From Selaginella moellendorffii (taxonomy: Eukaryota; Plantae; Lycopodiophyta), in NCBI RefSeq assembly GCF_000143415.4, contig NW_003314451.1:27472-91471 (forward strand): 64,000 nt of DNA. The letters run 5' to 3'. Numbering within the stretch: position 1 is the first letter of the stretch; each line of letters starts with the position of its first letter. The notes below the pieces were generated by a model. The model was not told where the DNA came from, made no database searches, and saw only the letters and a program-made list of their open reading frames with translations. The position numbers and the translations under genes are program-made. Positions 59,209 to 64,000 of this stretch are shown here, piece after piece.

Positions 59209-61012
59209 TGTTGTCAATCTATTGAATTGTATTGCAATGAACCACAAGAAAAAAAACCGAACGTGTCCCCCAACATGATGTGTCAGCCACGTGGTTGTCC
59301 GTGTCTTCCCCAATGGGAGTATTGAGAGGGCTGTCCAGAAAATTATGCTTTGTTCTGGAAGAAATCTTGTGATTGTTGCTCAAGGCAATAATACCCATGT
59401 AAGACCGCTTTCTTTCCCTAGAACTTTGTATCCGTCGAGCTGCTCCATGTAGATGTTTTCATCGAGCTCGTCATTCAGGAACGCTGTCTTGACATCCATT
59501 TGGGTGCGGATTGACCAGTATACTCCAGCTACTTGCTAGTAGCCTTTTACTAGCGTATGATCTGGGTTGAGCTTGATAGTGGGAATCCACATGGACTTCA
59601 CCAATTTTCTCCCGGCCGGAGCTGCTTTCACCAAAGAAAAAGGATGGTTCTTGACGAAGGAATTGTACTCTTCTGCAACCCATTTGTCCTTGTCTGGCAA
59701 GAGCATCGGCATAGCTGCGAGGAACTTCTACGCCAGCTAGCAAAATCTCGATGAGACTTTGTTGCAAGCATGGTTTCGATGCTGGTTGATCTGCGTCTGG
59801 GCACAGGCAGAGGTACTGCAGGTTCCTCCGGGCTGCATCGTAGAGTGGTCTCTGGATCAGGATCAGGGTGAATTGGTTCAAGAACCGAAGGAACCTGGTC
59901 AAGAACAGGGGAAGTCAGATCTTGAGCGTCCTGGGCTGGGAGAATGAAGTGTCCCTACCCGAAATCCAGAAGGCTGGACGCCTGTGGAAATAACTCCAGG
60001 CTGAATGTGGTTACAACCAGGCCCAAAACATTACATTATAAGCCCGAAGCATGCTATTTGCCCCATCAATCAGGCTCTGGTTTTTCCTCTCAACCATTCC
60101 GTTCTGCTGCGAGGAATAGGGGTTCCCGTTGAATCCCATGTTTCTGGAGGAACATGGAAAATTCGCGAGAAACATACTCACCACCTCTATCTGAACGAAA
60201 CCGTTTAAGTTTCTTGTTCGTCTGGTTCTCAGCGAGAGCCTTAAAAATCTCAAGCTTGTTGAGAGCTTGAGATTTGGACGTCAAGCAGTAAACAAAAGTC
60301 TTCCCGCTGTAGTCAAAGTGATAAAGTATTTCGAGCTCCCAAAAGAAACATGAGGGGAAGGACCCCAAATGTCACTATGCACGAGCTCTAATACTTCAGA
60401 AGCTGGAAATGGGATATGATGCTGCTTGCCGAGTTGACAACCTGGGCAAACGGAGAGTTTTTCCAAGGTCTCAAAACTTGGAATCCATGTGATCTTTGGA
60501 GAGAGCTCGCGTGGCCAAAGCTCTAGCTGATCGGTTTTGGAAGCCACGAACGTAAGGAACTGATGTGGTTTGTCAACCACTTCGACTGCTCGTATGTGGC
60601 GTCCACATATCACAAGTGTTTGGCATGATTCGTTTTCTTGCAATGCGGGCAGGGTCAAATTTCCTGGTCGTGCTGGAAGAACTCCCACTGGAACGTGACG
60701 ATTTCTTCTTGCCTGGCCTTGCTGTAATGGGAGGGAGCGAGGTGGGGAAGGAGGAGGAGATGGCAGAGAATTTGGAGAATTTTCCGCCATGGGAGGTATA
60801 CTAATCCATTCTCCTTGCTCTAATTTGCCTTGTGATGCAGCTGCTTGAGCATGGCAACACATCCTATGCTGCTCTCTCCATCTCCTAGTCATCCTGGATC
60901 GTACTGCTATGATACCATGTTGTCATTCCATTGAATTGTATAAAATGAAATTGGATGAACCACAAGAAAAAGAACCAGACGTGTCTCCCAACTTGACATG
61001 TCAGCCACGTGG
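59209..61012 (-). mobile_element. Internally deleted Ty1/copia element with very short LTR-like repeats
   Basis: Direct repeats ~59209-59295 and ~60918-61012 both start tgttg. Met-tRNA PBS TGGTATCATAGC on the minus strand at 60906-60917. Integrase C..CQLGK/LELVHSDIWGP/RSDRGGEY and RT QMDVKTAFLN remnants lie in copia order. Confidence 0.88.
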
Positions 61013-62469
61013 CTATTTGGATCTGCCTGTGATCCATGCTGAGTTTACCTTTGTAACTTCATTCTGTTACCTAATATGGTTGTTACAAGAAATGAGTATG
61101 GACTTCAGTTCAACCATCCACTACACTTATATAGCTAGTTCAAGGTGATGTGGAAAGATAAAAGTTTAATGGGTTAATTTCCTGTATTCTAAACAAGAGA
61201 AGAAAAGTTATTGTTAGTGGCTCAATCTCCCATGCTGAGACTTTTGTGTCCACCAGTGGATTTAAATGTCGTAGGATTTGTCTTGCTTCAGTAAGTTCTC
61301 ATCAAGTTTGACCACCTTACCATCAATTCATTAAAGACAGTATCATCTTATAGTTAGAACTCATGGTTTCCTAAAGCAATAGTATAAGCCAACTACAAAA
61401 ATCTCAATGAATTAATTGCAACCTTTTATGCAATTGCCAAATGCTTAAACTAACCTTGAAATTATAATTTTAAATTGAAATAAAGTTTTTAATAGCCACA
61501 ATAATCCATAAAACACCATTGTAGCAAATAATATCTTAAATTTATTCATCGGCCACCCTCTGAAACCATTATTAACTTGGAATTATAAAAAACAGAACAT
61601 GTCTCTACATTTCCTCTTGAAATTTGCATTAACTTGAACTCACAATCTTCATCTTAACACCATATATAAGAGGTTAAACTCATTTTATTTGTCCCCAAGG
61701 GAAAAAATGTTCTAAAGCATTGGCTATATTTGGACTTGTTATACTCATCATCACTCCACTATTATATATATTTGCCCTTATTGTGTTAATGTCAGTTGTT
61801 CTATTTAAATTTGCTAGACTCATCTTTACTTAACAATTCATGTTATTTGCTATCACTCTATTGTCATATTCATTTGTCCTCACATCATCATTAGAGTTGA
61901 ACTCTTGCTCATCCCCTTTACCTTGTTCTTTGAAGAAAAAAAAGTTTAAAGAGTTGGGATAAAGAAGAAGAAATTAAAAAAATAAAGAAGAAATATTGTA
62001 GAAGAAGAAAAAATAAATAAAGAAGCATTAGAAAAAGAACTTTTGGAATTGGAGAAATATGGGTTTCACTTTAGGACTTAGGGATTTTTTTTTATATGTG
62101 CTAATACTATAAATAAGGAAGAAATGTTAGAAACCTAAAAAAGCCATAAAGGCTAAAAATATAAAAAAAGTTAGGAAAGAGTAGAAAGTAAAGGAAAAAG
62201 ATCTGATAATAAATTAAGAGAATCAACTTATCACAATGTGAAAGATTTAGATCATCATTGCAGCCATTCTATCTCACAACCTCTCCAAAATTAATTCAGA
62301 CTTCTATTTGTTTTTGCTAGTTTCTACATGTTTGTCTTCACTCCTAGATAACACTTAGATTGGTGATTTAGTGTATGATTCATCAATATACAGCTTAACA
62401 TGTCCAATAATTCATGTGAGTTGAAATGTTTATCTCACCCATTTAATAACTTCAAGACATTGAAGTTAT

Positions 62470-62471
<2 letters not shown>

Positions 62472-62555
<84 letters not shown>
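62472..62555. repeat. (TA)n microsatellite
   Basis: About 40 uninterrupted TA units. Confidence 0.98.
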
Positions 62556-62558
<3 letters not shown>

Positions 62559-64000
62559 ATATCTACTGATATATATATATAATTGAGCTTTTATGCCACC
62601 GTATTACTATTTCTTTGTAATTTGCATTCTTCTTATGTGTGGTGATGTGTTTTATAAATGTCCTTTAGTTCTCACTTATAATAATACTCACAAAGTGTAA
62701 AGACTTTTAGCATGCCACTATTACTTCCACTTTCTTCAAATACATACAAAATTTTCAATATTTATGCTCTTCTAGTGGTAATATTATATGTTTACCCACC
62801 TATAGCAAGTGGTCAATATAACTTCTATTGCACCTCTAAGATAATTTTGTGATCCATCATTATTTTACTAGATTGAAGATAAAACATAATATCAATAAAA
62901 AAATATATTAAGTAACAAAATAAATTTAATGTCATTTGTAAATAAATACCTGTGAACAGGAAATAGAGTTTTGTCTTATAATTAATTAAGCATATCACTA
63001 AAGTGTTTTGCTAAAATTTAAATCTGTGCTAGCAAACACTATTCAACCTTATTATAGTATTTGAGAATGTTCTTTCTTTTGTCATAAAAATAGAAGTGTT
63101 AAATAAAACATTTGAAATAACATTCCACATATAACACATTTATATTTCTTTTCTAGTTGGACAACATTAAATAATGCTTTGAAACACAACCTCAAATATA
63201 AATATAAGTGTTATATAACACTTTATTTTTTAGTATATTTTCTTGTTTATAGATGTTATTGCAATGTAATATTTATACAAAATTACTATAGTGATGCTGT
63301 TATATCAAGTGCATCCACATAAAGCTCCTCTGTCCACCATTGTTTTTATTATGAAAAATTATACATTAATGTCAAAATTTATAAACAACTAAATATCACT
63401 ATAAAGTTTATTATGATGTTTCTAAGCCTTTTGCCAACAACAAACTTTTGCTAGACTACATCATTATCTTTGGTATGATAAATATTTTTTGGTAGCTTTA
63501 TAAAAATTTAGAGTAATTACACTAAGCTAAATAATCCTAACTACACTCAAAAGTAAGTTGAAAGCCTAGAGATAAGATATTCTATCTTTACCTTTTTTTA
63601 TTTGGAAAGGAAACCCAAAAATAAAATAGAAACATCTTATATTCTCAAATATCCACTTATCTTTAAGTGAAAAAAATGTAATATGAAATTTTTTGTTTCA
63701 TTGCTCATCTATCAAAAGCATGATGGCATATAAGTAAGTTTGAAAAGACATTAGATTAATCAATTTGACATTTAGTAAAATCATGAAAGATATTATGTTA
63801 ACATTAAGTATAAATATTTATAAAAATGTTTTCATAATCTAATGGAATTGTATTATATGTTCTCTTACTTTGAACAAAGAACTTTACATTCACTTTAGGC
63901 CTATTTAAGTACTCAATCAAGTCAGTTGCACTTTAGAATTGTCAATCCAGTGTGAGTAAGAGGCTTGTAGCCAGATAAAAATAAGGAGAAATGAAAAACA

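Noticed and set aside
61370-64000. Possible third lectin gene or transposase relic in the terminal AT-rich region
   Set aside because: No ORF or lectin motif inside the window. The 62400 ORF is only the (TA)n repeat.

Overview
Compact land-plant nuclear DNA. Many short (about 50-100 nt) GT-AG introns, tight gene spacing and abundant PLS-class PPR genes suggest a lycophyte such as Selaginella; this is an inference. The left 44 kb is gene-dense at moderate GC. It holds a probable mitoribosomal mL80-like gene, RPL31, an alpha-expansin, and a germin-like protein (GLP) cluster with 3 intact copies and at least 4 relics interleaved with decayed tRNA-Tyr, PPR and methyltransferase remnants. Next come RPS20, a GDSL lipase, three long PPR ORFs, a tandem array of 6 intact plus 2 broken ~90-105 aa HMA-like (CxxC) genes, an auxilin-like J-domain gene, two tRNA-Ile(UAU) copies and an IGHMBP2-type helicase. 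The right 20 kb is an AT-rich, tandemly reiterated chimeric cassette: helicase 3' exons, unknown antisense exons, an intronless secreted gene (unknown domain plus bulb lectin) and an LRR fragment. It is interrupted by decayed Ty3/gypsy and Ty1/copia elements. The best candidate for an undescribed system is the pair of AT-rich 288-aa secreted lectin fusions, whose N-terminal domain is diversifying while the lectin domain is conserved. The second candidate is the recurrent placement of tRNA-like sequences just downstream of the stop codons of protein-coding genes.
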